A stretch of 64,000 nt of DNA from an uncultured Candidatus Rokubacteria bacterium (lineage in GTDB: Bacteria > Methylomirabilota > Methylomirabilia > Rokubacteriales > DASRDR01), in the NCBI GenBank assembly GCA_963805625.1, contig CAWDVE010000009.1, positions 1 to 64,000 on the forward strand, written 5' to 3'. Every line of letters starts with the position of its first letter. Position 1 is the stretch's first letter. The notes beneath the pieces were generated by a model, which made no database searches, had not been told where the DNA came from, and saw nothing but the letters and a program-made list of their open reading frames with translations. The translations under genes and the position numbers were made by a program. Shown here one piece after another: positions 48,061 to 56,671 of this stretch.

Positions 48061-48914
48061 ACAGCGCCCGCATCCTCGAAGTAGTCCGAGTCGACTCGCT
48101 TGACGCTATAGGTCGCCGACGTGTTCGCGCCGAGTTCGAAGTCAATCATGAGTTCCGCCAGCCGACGACCGTCGATCAGGGCGACCTTCGGGTCGATAGA
48201 ATCAACGTAGGCTGTGGCCTCTGCCGAGAACGTGCCCGTCGTAATGAAGACCCCCTTCCTGGCGCGCCTTCCATGTAGCGCCCCGACGAATCGCTGAATC
48301 TCCGGCCGCCCAACCGTTCCGTCCCATTTCTTGGCTTGAAGGTAGACCACATCAAGTCCGAGGCGGTCCTCACTGATGACACCGTCGATCCCTTCGTCCC
48401 CCGCTCTGCCGATGGCCTTGCCGGCGTCCTTGCGAGACCCACCGTAGCCCATCTTCAGGAGGAGCTCGACCACCAAACGCTCGAAGAACTGCGGGGTGAC
48501 GGCTTTAACCCGGCTCAGCAGTTCAGACGCGAGGCCTACCCGCATCCTGAGATGCGCAGCCTCCAAGGCTTCCTCTGGGGTCTCGGGTTCTGCCTGACTC
48601 GTCGGAACCGCGCTCGGCATCTTTTCCGTCTCGGTCTTTGGGGTACGAAACTCGACGAACTCCGGATACTGCTCCAGAAACTTGATATCAATGCGTGGAG
48701 GAGGAGTCTTCAGGACGTCGCGCCCGCGAACGGACACCTGGAAGTGTCCTCGGCGCGGGGACAGGAGTAGCCCAGCCTGCTGAAGATAGCTCTTGGCCCA
48801 AGCGACTCGATTCGAGAACTTTGACTGCCGGCCACTCGGCAAGGGCTCTTCCAGGTCAGGATCCGATAGCTGCCCTTGAGCCGTCCGCCGACGAGCCAGA
48901 TTGGTGTCAGGCAC
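48057..48914 (-). CDS. mrr: Mrr-family (type IV) restriction endonuclease, N-terminally truncated
   Basis: LPSGRQSKFSNRVAWAKSYLQQAGLL (Mrr_N), FFERLVVELL, DEGIDG, YLQAKKW, GVFITTGTF; lower GC than its flanks. Confidence 0.88.
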   Translation of the reverse strand: MPDTNLARRRTAQGQLSDPDLEEPLPSGRQSKFSNRVAWAKSYLQQAGLLLSPRRGHFQVSVRGRDVLKTPPPRIDIKFLEQYPEFVEFRTPKTETEKMPSAVPTSQAEPETPEEALEAAHLRMRVGLASELLSRVKAVTPQFFERLVVELLLKMGYGGSRKDAGKAIGRAGDEGIDGVISEDRLGLDVVYLQAKKWDGTVGRPEIQRFVGALHGRRARKGVFITTGTFSAEATAYVDSIDPKVALIDGRRLAELMIDFELGANTSATYSVKRVDSDYFEDAGAV

Positions 48915-49710
48915 CCAGTTCGGCGTCGAGGTCGAGCCGCCAGCGGTCGCGGGCGGCGAGGACGCGTACCCCCGTCTCGTGCGAGAGCGTCTCCGCCAGC
49001 TCCCAGGGGCGCGCCCGCAGCATGGTCAACCCGAAGTGCGTGAGGATGGCCAGGCGGGGCCGCATGGCGGTGATGAGCTGGCGGGCGTCGGGGAGGGCGA
49101 GGTGAATCTCGTCCCGCGGCTCGCGATAGACCACGTTGAGGATCAGGACGTCCGCGCGCAACGCCGTCTCGATCTCCGGCAGATACCCCGTGCACGCGAC
49201 GAGCCCCACCGTCCAGTGGCGGCCCACGAAGCGGAGGCCGTAGGTCTCGACCGGGTGCTTGAGCTGGAGCGGGGTCTCGAGCACGGGGCCGCGGTCGCCA
49301 CCGATCGCGTAGCGACCGCCCGGGACGAGGAACTCCGTGGAGGCCGGGTAGCTCCGGACGTAGTGGAGGATCACCGGATCCTGCTCGTAGGCGTCCCTCG
49401 GAGCCAGGACGCGGCCCCGCTTCTTGGTCCCGCCCTGCGTCATCGCCTCGATCATGGCGTTGATGTCGCCCGAATGATCGAGGTGCTTGTGAGTGAGGAC
49501 GATGGCGTCGAGGACGCCCGGATCGAGACTGAGCGCGCGGCCGCGCGCGTGCGCCAGGGCGCCGGGGCCAGGATCCACGCACACCCAGATCCCGTCGAGG
49601 CAAACCCAGAAACCCCCCGTCGCGCGCGCCTGGAACGCCGTCGTCATGCGCCCGCCGCCCGTGCCGACGAACACGACCTGGTCGCCGTCGAGGCGGGGCG
49701 GCGGGGGCAC
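48907..49710 (-). CDS. Metallo-beta-lactamase-fold hydrolase
   Basis: FVGTGGG, VDPGPG, THKHLDH, KHPVETYG, LTHFG. Confidence 0.9.
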   Translation of the reverse strand: MPPPPRLDGDQVVFVGTGGGRMTTAFQARATGGFWVCLDGIWVCVDPGPGALAHARGRALSLDPGVLDAIVLTHKHLDHSGDINAMIEAMTQGGTKKRGRVLAPRDAYEQDPVILHYVRSYPASTEFLVPGGRYAIGGDRGPVLETPLQLKHPVETYGLRFVGRHWTVGLVACTGYLPEIETALRADVLILNVVYREPRDEIHLALPDARQLITAMRPRLAILTHFGLTMLRARPWELAETLSHETGVRVLAARDRWRLDLDAELGA

Positions 49711-49724
49711 GGCGGGCGCGCCCC

Positions 49725-50735
49725 TCAGGGCGCGTGGATCTCGGACGCCGCGTGGAGGTCCGAGATCAACCCGCGTGCGGCCGGAGGGTCTTGGGAATCC
49801 GGGGTCTCGGCGGCCGGGACGCGCTCCGTCGCCCGCGCCCCGCGCTTCACCTGTTCACGGAGCTTGCAGAAGGCGCAGACCTCGCCCGTCGTGGTCTGGC
49901 CGCACCGGACGCACTCGAGGAGCGTAACGGTCTCGCGCTCCTGGAAGAGCCCGCGCGCCTTGTCGAGGAACCCCTGGAGGAACATCGCCTTCGAGCCCGG
50001 CGACGTGTCCTCGAGGCGATTGAGCAGCTCCTTGTGGGTGATCGACGTCGCGCCGCGCGAGAACGGGCACTCCTCCACGATGTAGTCGATGCCGCGAAGG
50101 AACGCGTAGGCGGCGGTCTCGCGCTCGCTCATCCGGAAGAGCGGCTTCACCCGGCGCGCGAGCCTGGGGTGCGTGGCAGCGAGAACCGGCATCTGCCGCG
50201 CCAGCGCCGACTCGTCCCAGCGCAGCGTCGAGCCGAACAGGGTCGCGGCCTCGTCGTCGAGGTTGTGCCCCGTGGCGACCACCGGGAACCCGCCCTCCAT
50301 CGCGGCGCGGTTCATGATGTAGCGCTTGGACAGCCCGCACGCGGAGCACGTCGGCCGCCGGGTGGCGTCTCTCACGGCGGGGATCGGGGCGCCCACCTCG
50401 TCGGCCACGGCCACGACGCGCAGGTCGAGCCCCCGCTCGGCGGCGAACGCCTGGCACCGGGCCTTCGAGGCGTGCGAGTAGTCGAAGATTCCGAGGTCGA
50501 TGTAGAGGCCCGTGGTCCGGTACCCCGCACCGTGGAGCACTTCCCAGAGGGCCAGGGAGTCCTTCCCGCCGGACACCGCGACGAGGACCTGCTCGTCGCG
50601 CGTGAACATGCGCCACCGCCGGACCGTCTCCAGCACGTGGTGCTGGAAGAAACCCAGGAAGTCGGGACCGCAGAAGGCGGTGTTGTGACGCCGGAGCTCC
50701 AGCACGGCCCGGCCGCCGCACTTCCGGCACTTCAC
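49725..50735 (-). CDS. ttuA: tRNA 2-thiolation enzyme, TtuA/Ncs6 family (TIGR00269-like)
   Basis: N-terminal CRKC, PP-loop VSGGKDS, CSAC, TGHNLDDE, ECPF, C-terminal CVRC..CAFC. Confidence 0.85.
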   Translation of the reverse strand: MKCRKCGGRAVLELRRHNTAFCGPDFLGFFQHHVLETVRRWRMFTRDEQVLVAVSGGKDSLALWEVLHGAGYRTTGLYIDLGIFDYSHASKARCQAFAAERGLDLRVVAVADEVGAPIPAVRDATRRPTCSACGLSKRYIMNRAAMEGGFPVVATGHNLDDEAATLFGSTLRWDESALARQMPVLAATHPRLARRVKPLFRMSERETAAYAFLRGIDYIVEECPFSRGATSITHKELLNRLEDTSPGSKAMFLQGFLDKARGLFQERETVTLLECVRCGQTTTGEVCAFCKLREQVKRGARATERVPAAETPDSQDPPAARGLISDLHAASEIHAP

Positions 50736-50932
50736 GATCGGCCTCCCGAGATCACCGGGCGGAGCTCCACCACGTCGTCGTCGGCCACGATCTCGTCGAT
50801 GGTGAGCAGGTCGCGCCCGCGGATCACCAGCACGGTGTCGGGCAGGACGCCCAGCTCCGCAAGGAGCTCCCGCACCCGGCGGCGGCCGCTCAGCTCGACT
50901 TCGCGTCCCTGGTTGCGGAGGACGACCTTCAT
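50732..50932 (-). CDS. ttuB: Ubiquitin-like sulfur carrier (TtuB/ThiS/MoaD) ending ...ISGG-RS
   Basis: 66 aa, beta-grasp-like sequence with VISGG; GTGA-coupled to ttuA. Confidence 0.82.
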   Translation of the reverse strand: MKVVLRNQGREVELSGRRRVRELLAELGVLPDTVLVIRGRDLLTIDEIVADDDVVELRPVISGGRS

Positions 50933-50944
50933 GGCGGGACTCAC

Positions 50945-51233
50945 TATACACGCCGCCCGCCTGGAGCGCTTGAAGCGCGCCCTCCACCCCATCCACACGG
51001 ACGAGACGCTCGAGGTCGCCGGGCTCGCATCCGGCGTGGCGCAAGAGCCGCGCATACGGGCTCGCGGGGCGCGCGTAGATCGTGCGACGCACGAGGTCGA
51101 CGAAGGTCGCGTCGCGCCGCTCGAGGCGGCGCGTGAGCTCCTCCCGCGCCCGATCGACCCCGATGGGCTGGCGCAGAAAGCCCGGAAGCCTCGCCAGGAG
51201 CCGAGCGCCAGCCAGAACGTCCGACGAGACCAC
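50945..51233 (-). pseudogene. N-terminal fragment of an unidentified larger protein
   Basis: About 95 protein-like codons (LARLPGFLRQP..IYARPASPYARLLRHAGCEPGD..GVEGAL) that degenerate at GGVY just before ttuB, with no stop of their own. Confidence 0.4.
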
Positions 51234-51258
51234 CCCGAGGCGCTCCGTCGGCGGCCTC

Positions 51259-52272
51259 TCAGGCCGAGGGGCGGCGCCGGCGTGTGCGGGCCACGGGCGA
51301 CGCCTCCGGATTCAGCAAGAGCGGCGCGGGCGGCGCGCCGCCCCGCGCCACGGCCAGGATCGACTCCACGCAGCATTGGCCCATCGCGGCCTCCGCCGCG
51401 AGATCCGAGCCCGCGGCGTGCGGCGTGACGACCACGTTGTCGAGGGTGAGGAGCGGGGAACCGGTCGGCGGCTCGCGGCGGAAGACGTCGAGCCCGGCGC
51501 CGGCGATCCGACGGCTCACGAGCGCCTCGTGGAGGGCGGCCTCGTCCACCAGTCCGCCCCGCGCCGTATTGATCAGGAACGCGGTTGGCTTCATGAGCTG
51601 GAGACGCGCGGCGTTGATCAGCCCGTCGGTCTCGGGAAGATGGGGCGCATGCAGGGTGACGAAATCGGACTCTCGGAGCAGCTGCTCGAGCGACGTCAGC
51701 TCGATGCCATGGCTCCGCGCATACGCCGCGTCGGGAGCCACGTCATGAGCCAGGACACGCATCTCGTAGGCGCGGCAGCGCCGCGCCACCGCCCGCCCGA
51801 TCCGCCCCAGCCCCACGATCCCGACCGTCGACCGCCAGAGGCCAGGCCGGAACTCCCACCCCCAGCCTCCCGCCATCACGCGCTGGTGGTAGACGACGAC
51901 GTTCCGGGCGACGGCGCCCATCAGGGCGAGGGCGAGGTCCGCGACGGTCTCGTGGTTCGCCCCGAACGTCATCGCGACATAGACACCGTGGCGCGTTGCC
52001 GCCGGAACGTCCACCTGGTCGTAGCCGACCCCGAACCGCGCGATCACCTCGAGGTCCCGCGCCTCGCGGAGCACGCGCTCCGTGTACGACTCGACGCCGG
52101 CGACCGTCGCGAAGACGCCGCGGAGCCCTTGGATCAGCTCCGCCTCGCCGTACGGGCGCCCGAGCGGACTACGCAGCACCTCGAGGCCGGCGGCCTCGAG
52201 GTGAGTGAGATACGCGGACGGCCGGCTCGCCAGGAGCGACGGCACGACGAGAACCTTGAGCGGTGCGGGCAT
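51259..52272 (-). CDS. D-2-hydroxyacid dehydrogenase (phosphoglycerate dehydrogenase-like)
   Basis: RFGVGYD, GIVGLGRIG, INTARGG, TPHAAG. Confidence 0.93.
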   Translation of the reverse strand: MPAPLKVLVVPSLLASRPSAYLTHLEAAGLEVLRSPLGRPYGEAELIQGLRGVFATVAGVESYTERVLREARDLEVIARFGVGYDQVDVPAATRHGVYVAMTFGANHETVADLALALMGAVARNVVVYHQRVMAGGWGWEFRPGLWRSTVGIVGLGRIGRAVARRCRAYEMRVLAHDVAPDAAYARSHGIELTSLEQLLRESDFVTLHAPHLPETDGLINAARLQLMKPTAFLINTARGGLVDEAALHEALVSRRIAGAGLDVFRREPPTGSPLLTLDNVVVTPHAAGSDLAAEAAMGQCCVESILAVARGGAPPAPLLLNPEASPVARTRRRRPSA

Positions 52273-52343
52273 CCGGGGTCTCCTAGAAATGGGGGGCAAG
52301 AGGCCGGGGCGGCTCCTCAGCCAACGTCATGATGAGGCGTGGG

Positions 52344-53690
52344 TCAAGCGCCCGGCGCCTCGCGCCGGACGACGCGGCGGGCCTTCAGCTCGTAGCGCGG
52401 CAGGCTCCGGGCCGGCACGGTCGCCACCTCGATGCGGATCCCGAGGTCACGCCGGAGCGCCGCGGTGATCCCGTCGACGGTCTCCCGAACGCTCTCCGCA
52501 GGTCGGCCGTTGCCGTCGATTTCGAGCAGAAGACGGACCTCGTCCAGGGCGCCTCGGCGAAACACCTCGATCTGGAACTCGTCCACCAGCGCGAAGCGGC
52601 GCACGATCCCCTCGAGGGCCGAGGGGAACACGTTGATGCCTCGCACGACCAGCATGTCGTCGACCCGACCGAGGATGCCTCCCTCGAGGCGGGCGAACGT
52701 GCGGCCGCACGGGCACGCCCCGGTGCCGAGCCGCACCCGGTCGCCCGATCGGTAACGAAGAACGGGCGCTCCCCACCGGCCGAGGTTCGTCAGCGTCAGC
52801 TCCCCGATCTCCCCGGGCGCCACCGGTCGGCCACTGTCCGGGTCCAGCACCTCGGCGACGAATTCGAGCTCGTTCACATGGAGGCCCGACTGCGCGACGC
52901 ATTCGAACCCGTAGGCGCCCACCTCGGTCATGCCCGCGTGATCGTACGCTCGGGCTCCCCAGAGCAACTCCAGGCGACGGCGCACGGCCGGGATGCCCGC
53001 CCCTGGCTCGCCCGCGTGGACCGTGGTGCGGACGCCGAGCGCGGCGGGGTCGGCACCCTGGGCGCGTGCAACCTCCGCGAGGTGGAGCCCGTAGGACGGC
53101 GTGCAGACGAGGGCCGTGGCGCCCAGATCCCGGATCGCGTGAAGCCGCGTCAGGGAGTCCTGACCGCCCCCGGGGATGGTCATTGCGCCGAGGACCCGGG
53201 CGCCCTCGAGCCCGGCCCAGAAGCCGACGAAGAGGCCGAACGAGAACGGGAAGAAGAGGCGGTCCTGCGGCCCCAGCCCCGCTCCCCGGAACACGAAGGC
53301 CCAGCAGCGCGCCCACCACGTCCACGACGCTTCCGTCTCGAGCCACCGGATCGGCGGGCCCGTGGTGCCCGAGGTCTGGAACACGCGCACGTAGCGGTCG
53401 AGCGGGTGCGTGTGGTTGGTGCCGAACGGTGGGTGTGCCGCCTGGTCGGCCGCCAGCTCCACCTTCGTGAGGCGCGGAAGCCTGGCGAAGTCCGCCCAGG
53501 AGCCGACGTCGCGCGGGTCCTGCACGCCGGCCGCCTGGAGACGTCCCCGCCAGAAGGCGTTCGAGCCCCAGACCTCGCCCACTCCCGCGGCGAGACGCTC
53601 CCATTGCCACCGCCGAAGGCTGTCGGGGGGCGCCGTCTCCCGCGCGCGGTCCAGGAACGGGACGTCGGCCGCCGCATCCGGGCGGCTCAT
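52344..53690 (-). CDS. Phenylacetate-CoA ligase family (aryl-CoA ligase)
   Basis: QTSGTTG P-loop, CTPSY, HAGMTEVG, LRYRSGD, GRVDDML. Confidence 0.88.
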   Translation of the reverse strand: MSRPDAAADVPFLDRARETAPPDSLRRWQWERLAAGVGEVWGSNAFWRGRLQAAGVQDPRDVGSWADFARLPRLTKVELAADQAAHPPFGTNHTHPLDRYVRVFQTSGTTGPPIRWLETEASWTWWARCWAFVFRGAGLGPQDRLFFPFSFGLFVGFWAGLEGARVLGAMTIPGGGQDSLTRLHAIRDLGATALVCTPSYGLHLAEVARAQGADPAALGVRTTVHAGEPGAGIPAVRRRLELLWGARAYDHAGMTEVGAYGFECVAQSGLHVNELEFVAEVLDPDSGRPVAPGEIGELTLTNLGRWGAPVLRYRSGDRVRLGTGACPCGRTFARLEGGILGRVDDMLVVRGINVFPSALEGIVRRFALVDEFQIEVFRRGALDEVRLLLEIDGNGRPAESVRETVDGITAALRRDLGIRIEVATVPARSLPRYELKARRVVRREAPGA

Positions 53691-53718
53691 GACCCGGCGA
53701 CTCCTCGCGCGGCGCGCC

Positions 53719-54612
53719 TCACGGGAGGGAGAGCTGGCCCGTCATCACGATGACCCCCTGCCCGCCGACGCGTACGCGGGTCGCGCGACCGGGGGCGCCG
53801 TGGACCTCGACAGCGATCCGCCCCGGCCGACCCTGGAAATCCCCTTGCTCTCCCCGGAACCGCGCCACGCCGTCGGCGGCGACGAGACCGCCGGTCTCCC
53901 AGAGCCACACGCCGATGGCCGCGTGCGAAGACCCGGTCGCGAAGTCCTCCGGGATCCCGAAGTGCGGGATGAAGTTGCGGCTGTGGGTGAGGGCGCCCGG
54001 TTCCCGGGTCGCTCGCGCCGTGAGGACGATCCCGCGGACCCCGCGGTCCTTCGCGAGCCGCCCGAGCCGGTCAAGGTCGGGCGCCAGCGCCCGGAGCGCG
54101 TCGAGGGTCGCCACCGGGATCAGGAGATCCTGCTCCGACGTTCGCGCGGGCGGTGCCCACGCGGCAACAGCTTCGGCGGGCAGTCCCAGGACCGCGAGAA
54201 ACGGCGAGAGATCTCCACTCTCCGGCGCCCAGCGCGGACAGTCCGGCTCGAACCACGCGGTGGCGGAGGTCTCCGACCCCTCGAGCGTGATCGCGAGCCG
54301 GTGGCGCGGGGCTTCGAAGACGAGCTGGCCGCGGGGGGCCTCGCCGCGTGCCGCAAGGACGTGGGCCGCCGCCACCGTGCCATGGCCGCAGAGCGTCAGC
54401 TCCATCCCGGCCGGCGAGTACCAGCGCAGCGCGCGATCGCCGCCTTTCGCGCCCGGGCGGAGGAACGCGGTCGCCGGCCGCGCCAGCTCCATCGCGACGG
54501 CCCGCATCGTGGCCTCGTCGAGACCCGTCGCATCAGGCACGACAGCGGCTGGGTTGCCCGTGAAGGGCGTCGACGTGAACGCGTCGACGAAGACGACCTC
54601 GATAGCGCTCAC
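53719..54612 (-). CDS. PhzF-family isomerase
   Basis: VDAFTSTPFTGNPAAV, ELTLCGHGTVAA, EDFATGS. Confidence 0.9.
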   Translation of the reverse strand: MSAIEVVFVDAFTSTPFTGNPAAVVPDATGLDEATMRAVAMELARPATAFLRPGAKGGDRALRWYSPAGMELTLCGHGTVAAAHVLAARGEAPRGQLVFEAPRHRLAITLEGSETSATAWFEPDCPRWAPESGDLSPFLAVLGLPAEAVAAWAPPARTSEQDLLIPVATLDALRALAPDLDRLGRLAKDRGVRGIVLTARATREPGALTHSRNFIPHFGIPEDFATGSSHAAIGVWLWETGGLVAADGVARFRGEQGDFQGRPGRIAVEVHGAPGRATRVRVGGQGVIVMTGQLSLP

Positions 54613-54700
54613 CGGACTATCCTCGCGGCGCATGGGAGTAGGTCCACCGGCTTCGATCCCACGACGTTCGGTCTCTGGCGGCCTGTGGCGCCCTGTGGGC

Positions 54701-55255
54701 TCACGCATCCTTGCCCGTGATGACCCAGAGCGTTCGCGCGGTGCCCGACCCGACGTTCTCCCACGTATGCGGAACACCCCCGTCGAGGTAGGCCGAATCG
54801 CCCGCCTCGAGAAGGTGGCGCTCGCCGTTGTACTGGAGGGCGACCTTCCCGTCCAGGACGTACATGAGCTTCATCTGCCCCGGCTCGATCAGGATGCGCT
54901 CGGGCGGCACGCTCGCGCCCCGCCGGCCGAGCGTCGAGACCACGGCGCGCACCTTGCCCCGGAAGAGGCCGGCGGCCAGGACCTCCCAGCGCTCGGTGGA
55001 ACCGTCGAAGCTGACGACCGCATAGTCCTTCCGGCGTCCCACGTGCAGCTGCCCGTTCGGGGCCTGCTCGAAGAAGGCGCCGATCGGAACGCCGAGGGCG
55101 CCCGCCAGCCGCCCCAGGGTGTGGAGAGACGGCGTCAGCTTGTCGGACTCGATCTGGGACACCAGGCTCGGTGTGAGCCCGGCCGTCTCCGCCAGGGTGT
55201 TCTGGCGGATGCCGCGATCCGTCCGCAGCGCCCGGATCCGCGCCCCGAGGGACAC
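54701..55255 (-). CDS. XRE-family HTH regulator with cupin domain
   Basis: LGARIRALR..LVSQIESDK..PSLHTL; cupin LEAGDSAY..PHTWEN. Confidence 0.9.
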   Translation of the reverse strand: MSLGARIRALRTDRGIRQNTLAETAGLTPSLVSQIESDKLTPSLHTLGRLAGALGVPIGAFFEQAPNGQLHVGRRKDYAVVSFDGSTERWEVLAAGLFRGKVRAVVSTLGRRGASVPPERILIEPGQMKLMYVLDGKVALQYNGERHLLEAGDSAYLDGGVPHTWENVGSGTARTLWVITGKDA

Positions 55256-55258
55256 CGG

Positions 55259-56671
55259 TCAGCTCCGGACGTACTCGAAGTCGACGGGATTCCCGTTGAT
55301 GCCGCGCGCGGGCGGCGCGATCCAACTGGCGAACTTCCCGCGCTCGACGACCGCGACCATCAAGCTCTGCACGAAGGCCTTGTCAGTCTCCGTCGGCAAC
55401 CACTCCGGGCGCCGTGCGTCCCATTCCGCCTGGCTGACGACCTCCCCGGCCGGGGACACGCGCGTCTCGGCGAACATCCCGATCGCCCGGTGGAACCCCC
55501 GGTGGGGCAGCCGGAGCTCGAAGTCGACCCCAAGCTTCCGGATGACCTGGTTCCAGCGGTCGACGCCACGCTGACAGTCCGCGATGTAGTCATCCCGCAG
55601 GCGCTCGTTGAGCGCGGGCAGCGCAGCCTCCTCCCGCGTCACGATGCGACCGTCGTCGATCTGCGTGACGGGGTACATCGCCTCGGCGAGGCGGTGGTCG
55701 TCGGTCTTCTTCCCCTCCTCGAACCGGCCCTTGAGCCCCGCGGTGTAGAAGTTGGCGGCGTTGGTCGAGATCTCCCCGCCGAACAGATCGATCGAGACGG
55801 AGAAGTGAAAATTCAGGTACCGCTGGATCGTGGCGAGGTCGATGGCCCCGTGCGTGCGGACGTCGTCCGTGTCGTGATCCCGCATCACCTCACAGGTGCG
55901 CTGGATGACGCGTCCGAGACCCGTCTCGCCGACGAACATGTGGTGCGCTTCTTCGGTCAGCATGAAGCGGCAGGTGCGGGAGAGCGGGTCGAACCCGCTC
56001 TCGGCGAGACTCGCGAGCTGGTACTTGCCGTCCCGGTCGGTGAAGTACGTGAACATGAAGAACGACAGCCAGTCAGACGTCTTCTCGTTGAACGCTCCGA
56101 GGATCCGCGGCCTGTCCCGGTTCCCCGAATGGCGCTGGAGCAGCGCCTCAGCCTCTTCCCGGCCGTCGCGGCCGAAGTGCGCGTGGAGGAGATAGACCAT
56201 CGCCCAGAGATGCCGCCCCTCTTCCACGTTGACCTGGAACAAGTTGCGGAGGTCGTAGAGCGACGGGCACGTCCGTCCCAGCTGGCGTTGCTGCTCCACC
56301 GACGCGGGCTCCGTATCGCCCTGCGTGACGATCAGCCGTCGGAGCGTACCCCGGTACTCCCCCGGCACGTCCTGCCACACCGGCTGCCCGCGGTGGGCGC
56401 CGAAGCCGATCGTCCGACTGGTCTCGGGCTCGGCCAGGAAGATCCCCCAGCGGTACTCGGGCATCCGCACGTAGTCGAAGTGCGCCCATCCCTGCGCGTC
56501 CACGCTCGTTGCCGTGCGGAGGTAAACGTCTCTCGCCTGGAAGCCCTCGGGCCCCATGTCGCGCCACCACTGGAGGAACCGCGGCTGCCACTCCTCCAGG
56601 GCCCGCAAGAGGCGCCGGTTCTCATGAAGGTGGACGTTGTTGGGAATGCGCTCCTGGTAGTCGATCGCCAT
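55259..56671 (-). CDS. boxB: Benzoyl-CoA 2,3-epoxidase di-iron subunit
   Basis: IPNNVHL, WWRDMGP, QGDTEPASVEQ, NVEEGRHLWAM, TDRDGK, EEAHHMF; TGATG overlap with boxC. Confidence 0.95.
   Translation of the reverse strand: MAIDYQERIPNNVHLHENRRLLRALEEWQPRFLQWWRDMGPEGFQARDVYLRTATSVDAQGWAHFDYVRMPEYRWGIFLAEPETSRTIGFGAHRGQPVWQDVPGEYRGTLRRLIVTQGDTEPASVEQQRQLGRTCPSLYDLRNLFQVNVEEGRHLWAMVYLLHAHFGRDGREEAEALLQRHSGNRDRPRILGAFNEKTSDWLSFFMFTYFTDRDGKYQLASLAESGFDPLSRTCRFMLTEEAHHMFVGETGLGRVIQRTCEVMRDHDTDDVRTHGAIDLATIQRYLNFHFSVSIDLFGGEISTNAANFYTAGLKGRFEEGKKTDDHRLAEAMYPVTQIDDGRIVTREEAALPALNERLRDDYIADCQRGVDRWNQVIRKLGVDFELRLPHRGFHRAIGMFAETRVSPAGEVVSQAEWDARRPEWLPTETDKAFVQSLMVAVVERGKFASWIAPPARGINGNPVDFEYVRS

Noticed and set aside
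49725-51233. Apparent 502-aa N-terminally extended TtuA
   Set aside because: The frame reads through ttuB in another frame; real ttuA starts at GTG 50735
53719-54612. Phenazine biosynthesis cluster
   Set aside because: No phzA/B, D, E or G; lone PhzF homologues are widespread
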